Part shown: in pieces, positions 46,977-57,302 of the stretch | How the letters are laid out: the number at the start of each line of letters is the position of its first letter | Numbering within the stretch: position 1 is the stretch's first letter | Source of the DNA: Candidatus Eiseniibacteriota bacterium | Lineage (GTDB): Bacteria; Eisenbacteria; RBG-16-71-46; CAIMUX01; VGJL01 | NCBI GenBank assembly: GCA_041946735.1 | Contig: JBHGAY010000001.1 | Coordinates: 192,001 to 256,000 of the forward strand | DNA: 64,000 nt | Direction: 5' to 3' | Notes under the pieces: model-generated | Told to the model about the DNA's origin: nothing | Seen by the model: the letters and a program-made list of their open reading frames with translations, nothing else | The model's database searches: none | Program-made: the position numbers and the translations under genes

Positions 46977-49679
46977 ATGACTCGCTGGATGCCTGCCGCC
47001 GGCCGCGGCCGCCTGGGAGCAGTCTCGCTCGCCATCGCGGCCACCTTGGTATGTGGGATCGAGGGAGTGGTTGCGCGCGCCCCGATCCGGCAATCCTTCT
47101 TCAACGCCTATCCGTCCGCCGTCGGGAGCCGCCTCGACAACCTGCCGAGCATTCAAGGGCACTGCGGCGTCTGTCATTACCAGTTCACGGGGGCCGGCCC
47201 GCGCAATCCGTATGGACAGAGGATCGAAGGGCTGCTCGGCAGCTACCCGAACAACGACGCCGGTCGCCAGCGCCTCATGCACGACATCGAGAACGAGGAT
47301 GCCGACGCGGACGGCTACGCCCAGATCACGGAGATCACCGACCTGATCCACTACGGCAACACTCCGACGTTCCCGGGCTTGACCCCCTCGAACGTAGGCC
47401 AGGTGAGCGGCGTGAACGCACAGGACATTCTGGCCTTCCTCGTCCCGGCAGTGGGCGGAGACGTTCAGGCGCCTACCGTGAATGTGATCTCCCCCAACGG
47501 AGGAGAAAGCTGGCAGGGAGGGACGCAGCACACGATCGCGTGGACCGCCACGGACGACGTCGGAGTCATTTCGATCGACGTCTTCTATCGCGCGACCGAC
47601 GCCGAGCCGTGGACGCCGCTCGCGCTGTCGATCGCGAATGCGGGAACCCTTCCATGGTTCGTGCACAACACGCCTGGATCACGCGCGCTCGTTCTCATCA
47701 AGGCGCGCGACGCCGCCGGCAACGTTGGGCAGGACCTGAGCAACGCCTTCTTCACGATCACCCGCGAGACGGGGTCGACCGCCCCGACGACGCTGCGTGA
47801 CTTCGAGATGCCAGGGACGCACCCGCTCCAGGCCACGGGGCTGCAGGACCGCTCCGGGTGCTCAGGCTGCCACGGAGGGTATGATCCTGCCGTCGAACCG
47901 GAGTTCGTGCAGAAGGGGAGCATGATGGCGCAGGCGATGCGCGATCCGCTCTACTTCGCGACGCTGGTCGTCGCCGAGCAGGATGCGTCGTCCTCCGGCG
48001 ACCTCTGCCTACGCTGCCACACTCCGCTCGGTTGGCTGTCCGGACGAAGCAATCCCACCGACGGCAGCCAACTTACCGCGTTCGATCGCGACGGCGTGAC
48101 CTGCGACTTCTGTCACCGGGGCGTCGACCCGAGTTACGTCTCGGGGCAGTCTCCCTCGGTCGATCTGGAGATTCTCGCTGGTCTCGATGCGGTCCCACCC
48201 GGCTACTCGAACGGAATGTACGTGATCGATCCGCAAGCGCGCCGGCGCGGGCCGTTCGCGGACGTCGTCGCCCCGCATCCATTCCTCGTCTCGCCGTTCC
48301 ACGTCTCCAGCAACTTCTGCGGGACCTGCCACGACGTCTCCAATCCGGTCTTCGAGAAGGTGGCGCAGGGGGATTACGCCCCGGGGCCGCTCGACCAGCC
48401 ACCGGAGACGATCCTCTCCTCGGTGACGCTGCCGGTCGAGCGAACCTACAGCGAGTGGCTCCACAGCGAATTCCCGGGCGGCGTCTACGCTCCGGAGTTC
48501 GCGGGAAACAAGCCGGGCGGATATGTGTCGACCTGCCAGGACTGCCACATGCGCGACGTGAACGGCAAGGGGGCGAACGATCCCAACGCGCCGATCCGTC
48601 CGAACCTCCCGCTCCACGATCAGACGGGAGGCAACTCCTGGGTGCCGACGATCCTCGACGAGATCTATCCGAACGAGGTCGATCCGGCGGCGCAGGCGGC
48701 AGCTTCCGCGCGGGCCGTCTCGATGCTCCAGCTCGCTGCCCTGCTCGATCTCACCGTGACCCAGACGCAGCAAGGGCTTCAGGCCGATTGCCTCGTCACG
48801 AACCGGGCCGGCCACAAGCTGCCGACGGGATACCCCGAGGGACGCAGGATGTGGATCCAGATCCGTGCGTACGACGGGTTCGGTCAATTGGTGTACCAGT
48901 CGGGGGCCTACGATCCCGCGACCGGCGTGTTGATCCAGGACGCGGACGCCGTCGTCTACGAGGCCAAGCCGGGGCTTTCCGGATCCTGGGCAGGGGCGCT
49001 CGGGCTCCCAGCCGGACCTTCCTTCCACTTCGCGCTGAACGACTCGATCTACAAGGACAACCGGATCCCGCCGCGCGGCTTCACGAACGCAGGCTACGCG
49101 ACGTTCGGCGGCGAGCCGGTCGATCCGCACCACGAAGGGCCGGGGCCTCGCTACGCGGACGGGCAGAACTTCGACGTCGCCAGCTACCTTCTGCCCGCCT
49201 CCGCGCGCAAGATCGTCGCGACTCTCTTCTACCAGACGGCGTCGAAGGAGTACGTCGAGTTCCTGCGGGACGAGAACGTGACCGACGACAAGGGCCTGCT
49301 GATGTACAGCCTGTGGCAGAACAATGGAAGGTGCGCTCCGGTGATGATGGTCCGCGACAGCGTCCTCTACGTTCCCGGGGCGGCCGAGGACGGATCGATC
49401 GCCGGGCGGCGTCTCGAGATCGAGGCGTTCCCGAGTCCGTTTACCGACGGGCTGTCGATCCGTATGAACATTCCGCGTCCGCGCGAGCTCAAGGCGGAGA
49501 TCTTCGATCTTCAGGGGCGCCTGGTCTTCCGCCGCGCCTGGCCGCCCATCACCGGAGCGCTCTCGCTCCACTGGGACGGACGGGATGGCGCTGGACGCCC
49601 GGTCGCGCCCGGGATCTATTGGCTCCGCGTGGAATCGGGCGGGCAGGCGCAGACGAAGCGATTGGTCCGCATCTCCTGA
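46977..49679 (+). CDS. Secreted multiheme c-type cytochrome (6 CxxCH) with Ig-like domain and FlgD-Ig-like tail
   Basis: CGVCH, CSGCH, CLRCH, CDFCH, CGTCH and CQDCH; SPNGGE.W Ig-like module; AGHKLPTG; tail PSPF..WDGRDG.G..PGIYW. Confidence 0.9.
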   Translation: MTRWMPAAGRGRLGAVSLAIAATLVCGIEGVVARAPIRQSFFNAYPSAVGSRLDNLPSIQGHCGVCHYQFTGAGPRNPYGQRIEGLLGSYPNNDAGRQRLMHDIENEDADADGYAQITEITDLIHYGNTPTFPGLTPSNVGQVSGVNAQDILAFLVPAVGGDVQAPTVNVISPNGGESWQGGTQHTIAWTATDDVGVISIDVFYRATDAEPWTPLALSIANAGTLPWFVHNTPGSRALVLIKARDAAGNVGQDLSNAFFTITRETGSTAPTTLRDFEMPGTHPLQATGLQDRSGCSGCHGGYDPAVEPEFVQKGSMMAQAMRDPLYFATLVVAEQDASSSGDLCLRCHTPLGWLSGRSNPTDGSQLTAFDRDGVTCDFCHRGVDPSYVSGQSPSVDLEILAGLDAVPPGYSNGMYVIDPQARRRGPFADVVAPHPFLVSPFHVSSNFCGTCHDVSNPVFEKVAQGDYAPGPLDQPPETILSSVTLPVERTYSEWLHSEFPGGVYAPEFAGNKPGGYVSTCQDCHMRDVNGKGANDPNAPIRPNLPLHDQTGGNSWVPTILDEIYPNEVDPAAQAAASARAVSMLQLAALLDLTVTQTQQGLQADCLVTNRAGHKLPTGYPEGRRMWIQIRAYDGFGQLVYQSGAYDPATGVLIQDADAVVYEAKPGLSGSWAGALGLPAGPSFHFALNDSIYKDNRIPPRGFTNAGYATFGGEPVDPHHEGPGPRYADGQNFDVASYLLPASARKIVATLFYQTASKEYVEFLRDENVTDDKGLLMYSLWQNNGRCAPVMMVRDSVLYVPGAAEDGSIAGRRLEIEAFPSPFTDGLSIRMNIPRPRELKAEIFDLQGRLVFRRAWPPITGALSLHWDGRDGAGRPVAPGIYWLRVESGGQAQTKRLVRIS

Positions 49680-49808
49680 GCCGAGCGCGCCCGCGGCCCT
49701 CGCCGCCCGCAGGCAGCCGCCCGCCCAAGGCAGTCGCCCTCCCTGCCGCCCGCAGGCCCATCGGCCGAGCCGGGCGGCGGGGACGGACGGGCAGAACGCG
49801 AATCCGCG

Positions 49809-49837
49809 TTGACAACCGACAGGCGCCGGATCAGATT
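49809..49837 (+). promoter_or_regulatory. Possible sigma70 promoter
   Basis: TTGACA-N17-CAGATT: perfect -35, weak -10. Confidence 0.4.
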
Positions 49838-49967
49838 CTTCCTGCCGAACGTTTCTCCGTAGGGACGACGGCAGGGCGCCTTGCGCGACCGTGCTCCCCA
49901 TCTCCCTTCCGCCCCGCCGGGATCGCCCCGCGAACGCGATCGTCGTGGTCTCTCGGAGGGTGGAAAC

Positions 49968-51629
49968 ATGCGCCGCCGTTCTTTCCCGAGTTTCCCAGCC
50001 GCGCTCCGCGGTCCGTGCCACAGCGTGGCGACCCGTCGCTCCGCAGCTCCGGCGATCCTCTTCCCGCTGGCTCTCGCTCTCGCCCTTGTCACGCAGGGTT
50101 GCGTCGCGTGGCGCGCGCCAAGGAAGCCGATCGAGCAGGTGATGACCGACCGGCATCCCGAAGTGGTCCGGGTCAGCGTGCGAGAGGCGGATGGAGACGT
50201 GAGCCGCCGCCTCGTCATGACTCCGTGGATCGAATCGGACAGCCTGCTCGGCTACGAGGCCGATACCCTGGCCGCGCGATCGAATGTCTATCGGGTGATG
50301 CCTCCGAAGACTCGCGTCGCGATTCCCCTGTCGTCGATCCAGCAGACCGAGATCCGCAAGCCGGCCGTCGGCGCCGGGACGATCATCGTCGGGGCGGTCG
50401 CCGCGGCGCTTCTGGTCGCGGCGCTCACCGCCGACTTCGACACCGGTGGCGACGGTGGCACGCTGAGCGATAGCGGCAACATGGGCAGCTGCCCCGTCGT
50501 ATCGAGCTGGGATGGCTCCCGCTGGAGACTCGACTCGGCGACCTTCGGCGGGGCGATCGCAGAATGCCTCCGGCGCACCGACGTCGATCTGCTCGAGTTC
50601 GCTTCCGCCTCTCCGGACGGGCGGGTACACCTCGCGATGGAGGATCCGCTCGACGAGACGGAGCACGTCGATCGCGTCACGCTCCTCGTGGTCGAGCACG
50701 ATCGCGGCGTTTCGATCGCGCCCGACGCCGAAGGCCGGCTCTGCACGCTCGGTCCGCTCATCGCGCCGCTCTCGGCCGCCGACTTTGCGGGAAACGACGC
50801 GCTCGACCGGGTCGCGGCGCTCGACGACTGGAGCTGGGAATCGGTGCCGGCAATCCGCGACACCTCGGATGCGCAGACACTGCGGGACGGCCTCGTGCTC
50901 CGGTTCCCGTGCCCTTCGGGCGCCAGTCAGGGGAAGCTCGTCGTGGACGGGCGGAACAGCTCCTGGGCGAACTACCTGATGTACGTCTTCGTCGCGGCTC
51001 ACGGAAGCGAAACCGGAGCATGGTACGAGGCGCTCGCCGCCGATCCGGAGAGGGCGCGGCGGGCGATCCCCTTCCTCTTCCGGGATGCCTTCCTGTCGGT
51101 CGAACTCCTCACCGATCAAGGTTGGCGTCCGCAGGGAACGCTGTACGAGGCGGGCCCGGAGGTGCGCAAGCGGCAGGTATGCCGCCTCGATCTCCGTGAT
51201 GCGGCGGGCGAGGAGACGATCGAGGTGCGGGTTCGGTCCCTCCCTTCCTTCTGGGTGATCGACCGGGTGGCGATCGACACGAGTGAGGATGGAGTGATCG
51301 ACGTCCGCGAGATCGAGGCGGAGTCGGCCGCCGACCAGGACGGCAAGGACATCCGGCGATCGATCCGGCGGATCGATGCCGAGGAGTACCGGATGGAGCA
51401 GGGCGACCGCGCCGATCTCGTCTTCGATGCCGGCGGCCCGCCGGCCGAGGGGCGAGCGCGCAGCTTCGTCCTGCAGACGAGCGGGTGGTACTGGATCCAC
51501 AGCCGCGACGATGGCAAGCCGGACATCGCCATGCTCTCCCTCCTCGAGCGGGATCCGGCGGCGCTCGGGCGGCTCGCCGTGGCGCGCGCCAACCGGGCGA
51601 CCGCGCTTCTCTCGCGGGCCCGCCCGTAA
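49968..51629 (+). CDS. Putative lipoprotein of unknown function with GSCP..WDG motif
   Basis: Lipobox-like LVTQGC, an internal hydrophobic helix, GSCPVVSSWDG and SGWY. SD GGAGG. Confidence 0.75.
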   Translation: MRRRSFPSFPAALRGPCHSVATRRSAAPAILFPLALALALVTQGCVAWRAPRKPIEQVMTDRHPEVVRVSVREADGDVSRRLVMTPWIESDSLLGYEADTLAARSNVYRVMPPKTRVAIPLSSIQQTEIRKPAVGAGTIIVGAVAAALLVAALTADFDTGGDGGTLSDSGNMGSCPVVSSWDGSRWRLDSATFGGAIAECLRRTDVDLLEFASASPDGRVHLAMEDPLDETEHVDRVTLLVVEHDRGVSIAPDAEGRLCTLGPLIAPLSAADFAGNDALDRVAALDDWSWESVPAIRDTSDAQTLRDGLVLRFPCPSGASQGKLVVDGRNSSWANYLMYVFVAAHGSETGAWYEALAADPERARRAIPFLFRDAFLSVELLTDQGWRPQGTLYEAGPEVRKRQVCRLDLRDAAGEETIEVRVRSLPSFWVIDRVAIDTSEDGVIDVREIEAESAADQDGKDIRRSIRRIDAEEYRMEQGDRADLVFDAGGPPAEGRARSFVLQTSGWYWIHSRDDGKPDIAMLSLLERDPAALGRLAVARANRATALLSRARP

Positions 51630-51642
51630 GGCAGGGAGGATC

Positions 51643-54126
51643 TTGAGAACGCGCGGGAGGACGCCGCCTCGCGGGCTCTTCTACGCGATCAGCATCGTCG
51701 CGCTGGCGGTCGGCCTGTGGGGGTATCTGCGGCTGCCCGCGATCTCCCTGCCTCCGGCCAGCGTTCTTGCGGAGAAGCTCGATTCCCCGGTCCGCGTCGA
51801 GGGATGGACGGTCCGCGATCGCGCCCAGCTGCGATTCGTGACGCAGTCGATTCCGCCGGGGCGCTCCATCGTGATCGAGCCGGTCGAAGTGGCGACCGGC
51901 GGCGGGCGGCCAGGCCAGCCGGCCGCCCCGCAGACGCGGACGATCACGCTGATTCCCCAGATTCCGACCAGGCAGCGCGCGATCATCCTCGCCGTCGGGC
52001 TCGTCTTCTTCGCGGTCAACCTGCTCGTCTTCGCTCCCCGAATGCGTGACCGCTCCGTCCATGGCTTCTACGCTTCGACGCTCCTCTACGGGACGGCGAT
52101 CCTGATCAATGGCGCCTATCTCCCGACGGGCCCCCTTTGGCCGGACGTGGTCCCTGCGCTGGTCTGGCTGATCGCGCTCGCGCTCCTTCCGGTCCTCTTC
52201 CTTCACATCGCGCTTACCTTTCCCAAGCGCCACCCGCGGCTCGACCGCGTCCCCCCGCTGTTCCCCATCCTGTGGATCGGGATGGCCGGCCTGGCGATCG
52301 CGGAATGTATAGCCCTCCTGGCCTATGGAAGCGACAGGTCGATCGAGCGATGGGTCCTCTTCGCCTCGCTGCGGCACGCGGCGGAATGGCTCGTCCCGCT
52401 CCTCGTGTTCGCCGCGATCGTCCTGCTCTTCCGAGCCTCGTCGCGCCTGGACATTACGCGGCAGCGGCTTCAGGCGCGGTGGCTGCAGTGGGGATTCGCG
52501 ATCGGCGTCCTTCCCTACGTCTTCCTGCGTTCGCTGCCGCGCCTCTTCGGAATGGAGTCGCCGCTGGATCCGGAGTTCGACCGCCTCTTCGAGCTGGCCA
52601 TCCCGGCCGGCTTCACGATGGCGGTCGTGCGCCACCGGCTCTTCGACATCGATCTCGTCGTGCGCCGCAGCGTCCTTTATTCGACCCTCGCGGCGCTTCT
52701 CGCGGCGGTCTACTTCACCCTGACGCTTCTCCTCGGGCGGGTGGCCGGCATCTCCTCGCCCGGCCTCGCCGCAGCGGTGTCGGCGCTGGGAGCCGGCGCC
52801 GCCGTGGCGCTCTTCGCTCCCACGCGCCGCGCCGTCGGCCACTGGATCGACCGGACTCTGTTCAAGCTCCGCACCGATCACGCACGAGAGCTTCGGGCGT
52901 TCGAGGCGTCCCTCGAAGAGGTAGCCGGGCCTCAGGAGGTGGCGGAGAGCCTGCACCGCCTCGTACAGCGCGCGCTCGAACCCCGTCGGGCGCTGGTTCG
53001 CATGCCTGGATCCCAGGGGGAAGACGGGGCTGGCGCAGGGGACCGCGACCTCTGGCCGCCCGAGCAGGCCGAGGCGCTCACGGACGGCCTTCCGACGTGG
53101 ACGATCCGTACGATCTATGCCGCAAGCGAGAGCACCGGAACTCCCGAAGAGGAGTGCGCCGACTATCCGGGCTGGTTGCGCCGTCGTGGCGTCGTGCTCG
53201 CCGTCCCGGTCTTGATCGACTCCTCGGACCCCGGTTGGATCCTGCTTGGCGAGAAGCGGAGCGAGCGCCGCTACATCGACGAGGATCTCCGCCTGCTAAG
53301 GGACGCCGCTCGCGCGGCCGGCGGCGCAGTCGACCGGATCTTGCTGATCCAGCGGGCCGCGGCCGAGGCGGCCGCCGCTCGGCGCCTCGACGAGCTCACG
53401 CGCCTGAAGGACGATTTCCTCGGCCGCGTGGCCCACGACCTGCGAACGCCTCTCACCGCGATCGACTGGTCGCTCCGCAATCTCCAGGACGGGCTCGCCG
53501 GTCCGCTCGCTCCGCGGCAGTCCGACTATCTGCGGTCGATCCGGGCTGCAACCGATCAGCTCGGCCGGCTCGTGAGCAATCTGGTCGAGCTGACGCGCCT
53601 CGACTCCCCGGCGGTCGAGCACCTGATCGAGGCCCTCTCGCTGCGAGAGATCGTCTGCGACGCGCTCGCGATGCTCGCCCCCGTGGCGGCGGAGCGAACC
53701 GTCCGCCTCGAGCTGCGGGCCACCACGCCGCTCCCTCCAGTACGGGCCGACCGGCGCTGCCTCTCCGGCGCGGTCATGAATCTCATCGACAATGCGGTCC
53801 GCTACTCTCCGGACGGTGAGACCGTCGAGGTGTCGATCGAACGCGTGGCGGGCGGCTCCCAGACCCTTACAGTGCGGGATCACGGTCCGGGAGTCGCGCC
53901 CGAGGATCGGGAGACGATCTTCGAGCGATACGGCACCGGGAGGCGCTCCCCCTCGGATCGCCGCCGGGCCGGACTCGGGTTGGGTCTCTACGTCGCGCGA
54001 TGCGGGATCGAGGCGAGCGGAGGATCGATCGCCGTCGACGACCATCCCGAGGGAGGCGCGCGCTTCGTCTTCACCCTGCAGGATTGGAGGGAGGTCTCCG
54101 ATGGGGACGATCCTGATCGTCGATGA
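51643..54126 (+). CDS. Multi-TM sensor histidine kinase with GAF-like domain
   Basis: AHDLRTPL, NLIDNAVRYS, DHGPG and GLGLGL. SD GGAGG precedes TTG 51643. Confidence 0.92.
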   Translation: MRTRGRTPPRGLFYAISIVALAVGLWGYLRLPAISLPPASVLAEKLDSPVRVEGWTVRDRAQLRFVTQSIPPGRSIVIEPVEVATGGGRPGQPAAPQTRTITLIPQIPTRQRAIILAVGLVFFAVNLLVFAPRMRDRSVHGFYASTLLYGTAILINGAYLPTGPLWPDVVPALVWLIALALLPVLFLHIALTFPKRHPRLDRVPPLFPILWIGMAGLAIAECIALLAYGSDRSIERWVLFASLRHAAEWLVPLLVFAAIVLLFRASSRLDITRQRLQARWLQWGFAIGVLPYVFLRSLPRLFGMESPLDPEFDRLFELAIPAGFTMAVVRHRLFDIDLVVRRSVLYSTLAALLAAVYFTLTLLLGRVAGISSPGLAAAVSALGAGAAVALFAPTRRAVGHWIDRTLFKLRTDHARELRAFEASLEEVAGPQEVAESLHRLVQRALEPRRALVRMPGSQGEDGAGAGDRDLWPPEQAEALTDGLPTWTIRTIYAASESTGTPEEECADYPGWLRRRGVVLAVPVLIDSSDPGWILLGEKRSERRYIDEDLRLLRDAARAAGGAVDRILLIQRAAAEAAAARRLDELTRLKDDFLGRVAHDLRTPLTAIDWSLRNLQDGLAGPLAPRQSDYLRSIRAATDQLGRLVSNLVELTRLDSPAVEHLIEALSLREIVCDALAMLAPVAAERTVRLELRATTPLPPVRADRRCLSGAVMNLIDNAVRYSPDGETVEVSIERVAGGSQTLTVRDHGPGVAPEDRETIFERYGTGRRSPSDRRRAGLGLGLYVARCGIEASGGSIAVDDHPEGGARFVFTLQDWREVSDGDDPDRR

Positions 54127-55474
54127 CGACGCGGCGCTCCGGCGCGCCCTCCGCGACCGGCTCGAGTTCTGGGGACACGCCCCGTTCGAGGCGAAAGACG
54201 GTGCGGCAGCGCTCGAGCAGTGCGAAAGGCGGGAGTTCGATCTCGTCCTGCTCGATCTGGCGATGCCGGGAATGGGCGGGCAGGAGGTGCTGGAGGAGCT
54301 GAAGCGGCGCGGTTCGGCCGCGGCGGTCGTCATCTTGACCGCCCACGGCACGATCGGCGCCGCGGTCCAGGCACTGAAAGCCGGGGCGGAGGACTTTCTC
54401 TTGAAGCCTGCGGACTTCGACCTGCTCCGCTCCGTCATCGATCGCGCCTTCGAGTCGCGCAACGCGCGCCGCGTGACGCACGCCCTGCGCGAGGATCGTG
54501 CGGGCGAAGCGGCCGGATTCGTCGAGGCGGCCTCCCCTACGATGCGCAAGCTTCTCGAGACGGCCTCGCGCGCCGCTCAGTCCAACGCGACGATCCTCGT
54601 CACGGGCGAGAGCGGGACCGGCAAGCAGGTTCTCTCCGAATACGTGCACCGGCAGAGCGCGCGCGCGAAGGGGCCGTTCGTCTACATCAACTGCGTCGCC
54701 CTCTCGGACGAGCTGATCGAATCCACCCTCTTCGGGCACGAGAAAGGGGCGTTCACCGGGGCCATCGCTCGCAAGGAAGGGCGCCTCGAGGCGGCGGCGG
54801 GAGGTACCGCCTTCCTCGACGAGGTCGGCGACATCAGCCCTCGTCTGCAGGCGAAGCTGCTCCACTTTCTCGAGACGAACGAGTTCGAGCGCGTCGGCGG
54901 AACCCGCACGATCCGCGTCGACTGCCGGATCATCGCAGCCACCAACCGGGATCTCGACGCCGCCGTCCGGGAGGGACGCTTCCGGCAAGACCTCTACTTC
55001 CGCCTGAACGTGATCCGGCTCGACGTGCCTCCGTTGCGCGCGCGCAAGGAAGACGTCCCGATCCTGGCCGAGGCGTTTCTCGCCCGCTTTGCCGGTGAGC
55101 TGCGGCGACCCGGTCTCGCCTTCACGCCTGCCACGATGCGCCTGCTCGCGCAGTATCCGTGGCCGGGCAACGTCCGGCAGCTCCGCAACTCGATCGAACG
55201 CATGGCCGTCCTGGCGACCGGCGCCGCTCTCGATCCCGATCTGCTGCCTCCCGAGCTGTTCACGGTGGAGATCGGAGGGATCGAGCCGAGGACCGAGGGG
55301 CGAGGCGCGCCGGCGGGCGGGGCGCTGCCCTTGCGGGAGGCCATGCAGGACTTCAAACGGGAGTACATCCGGCAGGCTCTCGCTCGCGCGGGGGGGAACC
55401 AGACCCGAGCCGCCGAGGCGCTCGGCCTGCAACGGACCTTCTTGAACCGCTTGATCCGCGAAATGGGGCTGTGA
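54101..55474 (+). CDS. Sigma54-dependent NtrC-family response regulator
   Basis: REC domain, GESGTGKQ, GAFTGA, FLDEVGD, WPGNVRQL and a Fis-type HTH. Confidence 0.95.
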   Translation: MGTILIVDDDAALRRALRDRLEFWGHAPFEAKDGAAALEQCERREFDLVLLDLAMPGMGGQEVLEELKRRGSAAAVVILTAHGTIGAAVQALKAGAEDFLLKPADFDLLRSVIDRAFESRNARRVTHALREDRAGEAAGFVEAASPTMRKLLETASRAAQSNATILVTGESGTGKQVLSEYVHRQSARAKGPFVYINCVALSDELIESTLFGHEKGAFTGAIARKEGRLEAAAGGTAFLDEVGDISPRLQAKLLHFLETNEFERVGGTRTIRVDCRIIAATNRDLDAAVREGRFRQDLYFRLNVIRLDVPPLRARKEDVPILAEAFLARFAGELRRPGLAFTPATMRLLAQYPWPGNVRQLRNSIERMAVLATGAALDPDLLPPELFTVEIGGIEPRTEGRGAPAGGALPLREAMQDFKREYIRQALARAGGNQTRAAEALGLQRTFLNRLIREMGL

Positions 55475-55586
55475 GCAAGACCGCCGCCGCGGCGACGCGA
55501 CGGAAGCGGCGAGGATGGCGGGCAGGTCCCAGCGCTCGGCGATGCGCTGAGACCTGACCTGCGTCGCTAGGCGCGCCTCGGGCCTT

Positions 55587-56876
55587 TCAGAGACAGCGGG
55601 TCAGAATTCGGAACTGCTTCGGTCCCCCCTCGCGCAGCTTCAGGGAGACGATGCGAAGCTCCTTCCCTTCCGATTCTTTCGCGACCTTGGAGTCGTCCCA
55701 GGTGACGTGCCACCCGCCTTCGTTCCGCAAGCCGCGATGCGACCCCTTGACCGTCGCCGGGTACGGGTCGCCCGCGGGAATGTTCTCGAAGACATCCCAC
55801 GGCGTGATGGTCAACTCACCGGAGTAGGAGGCGTCGCAGAGGTAGTTGCCGCCGGGCAGGACCTCCGCCTTCTTGTCGAAGGTGACGGGACCTTCGACGA
55901 GGACGAACTGCGAACCGTCGTTGCAGAACGGCTTCGGCACGATCTGCTGGTAGACCTCGGTGACCGTCTCGCTCCAGCTCCCAGGAAGGACCGCCGCCGC
56001 GGCCGCGAGGTACAGAATCGTCGCCTGGCCGTCCGTCGGGATGCCGACCGGCTCTGCCACCTGCTCGGGCGCGCCAGGACCGAGGATCAGAACCTGCAGG
56101 TCCCGGGGCAGGGCGTTGTAGATCTCGGCGGGGATCTCCCGGAAGGTCGGCGCGTCGTTGATCAGGCCGGACGGCATCATCGGAACGCTGGGATCGAGGA
56201 GCCCGGTCCGGACCATGTCGGCGATGACCAGTTGCTCGGCCAGCTCCCAGTGCAGCACCTGATGGTCGGCCGTCCCCGGTATGAGGATCTCGAAGTGGGC
56301 GGCAGCGACGGTCCAGGTGCCGTCCCCGAAGGGGCTGTTCGTCTCGAAGAGCCGCATATGCACCCGTGCGGGGTCGTAGTGGCCGCACTGCAGCTGCACG
56401 TAGTTGGCCGTCCAGCCCTCCGCGCCGGCCCAGCATGTCTGGACGTCGCCATTCGCCTCCGACCACGTGCCGTTGAAGGGATCGACATCGGGGAATCCGA
56501 AGGCGGTGCGATCGCCGTCGAGCGCCATCAGCGCGGCGCGGATCTGCAACGGTTCCGCCTGACCGACGAAGATCAAGTTCACCGGGTCGGATGGCTCGCC
56601 GTCGAACGAGCTGCCCGTGTAGGGCCAGAGATCGAGGGACGGATCGCCGAAGTGGACCGTGACGATGCCGGATGGAGGAGCGGCATCGCGTGTCTCGTGC
56701 TCGCTCGCCCCCGGAAGACCGGCAAGGCTGGCGTCGTCATCGTCCCCGCTCGAGAAGGTGGGTCCGGCGGGATTCCCGTCGTCGGAACACCCGGCGAGGC
56801 CGCCGAGCCCCGCGACGAGGAGCACGATAGAGAACATTCCGAACAGCGACACCAGAGGAAGATGGGAAGCGCGCAT
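55587..56876 (-). CDS. Lipoprotein of unknown function (possible LssY-C-like domain)
   Basis: Lipobox LAGC; DPVNLIFVG..RVHMRLF..AAAHFE. SD AGGAGG. Confidence 0.75.
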   Translation of the reverse strand: MRASHLPLVSLFGMFSIVLLVAGLGGLAGCSDDGNPAGPTFSSGDDDDASLAGLPGASEHETRDAAPPSGIVTVHFGDPSLDLWPYTGSSFDGEPSDPVNLIFVGQAEPLQIRAALMALDGDRTAFGFPDVDPFNGTWSEANGDVQTCWAGAEGWTANYVQLQCGHYDPARVHMRLFETNSPFGDGTWTVAAAHFEILIPGTADHQVLHWELAEQLVIADMVRTGLLDPSVPMMPSGLINDAPTFREIPAEIYNALPRDLQVLILGPGAPEQVAEPVGIPTDGQATILYLAAAAAVLPGSWSETVTEVYQQIVPKPFCNDGSQFVLVEGPVTFDKKAEVLPGGNYLCDASYSGELTITPWDVFENIPAGDPYPATVKGSHRGLRNEGGWHVTWDDSKVAKESEGKELRIVSLKLREGGPKQFRILTRCL

Positions 56877-57302
56877 CGGGTCCTCCTGAGGAAACGGAGC
56901 CCGCGTCCTCGGACTCCTCAGCCTCGGTCCACCGCTCGGCTCCTTCGCACGATGGCTCCCACGTTGCCTTTGTCGTCGCGTGGAGCCGCTCGCCGGTGAA
57001 CCTGGCGTCTCTGTCTGCATGCTCCGTGCCGAAGCGCGTCGGGCATGACCCGGCCGGCCCGCCCGGAGGCGCCGGAAATCCGCGACCCGTTGGCGACAAC
57101 CGTTTGCGCGATCCTGCTTGTGCCCCCGATCCGCCGCGATCCCGGGCACGCGCGGCGGGAACGGGCGGGGGCGTATGCGGCGGCAGACGGACGGGTATCT
57201 TCCGGGATGCATGGAGGCGGACGGCCGATGCCGGCGACGATCGGTCGCAATCCCGCAGCCGGCTTTCTCCGGGAGCCTTCGGCCCTCGTTTCGCCGAAAG
57301 GC

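Noticed and set aside
49869..49884. Sigma54 promoter CGGCAGGGCGCCTTGC
   Set aside because: There are 11 nt between GG and GC; sigma54 requires 10.
48009..51500. 1163-aa minus-strand ORF and the many similar long overlapping ORFs
   Set aside because: These are antisense or off-frame shadows typical of high-GC DNA and carry no recognisable motifs.
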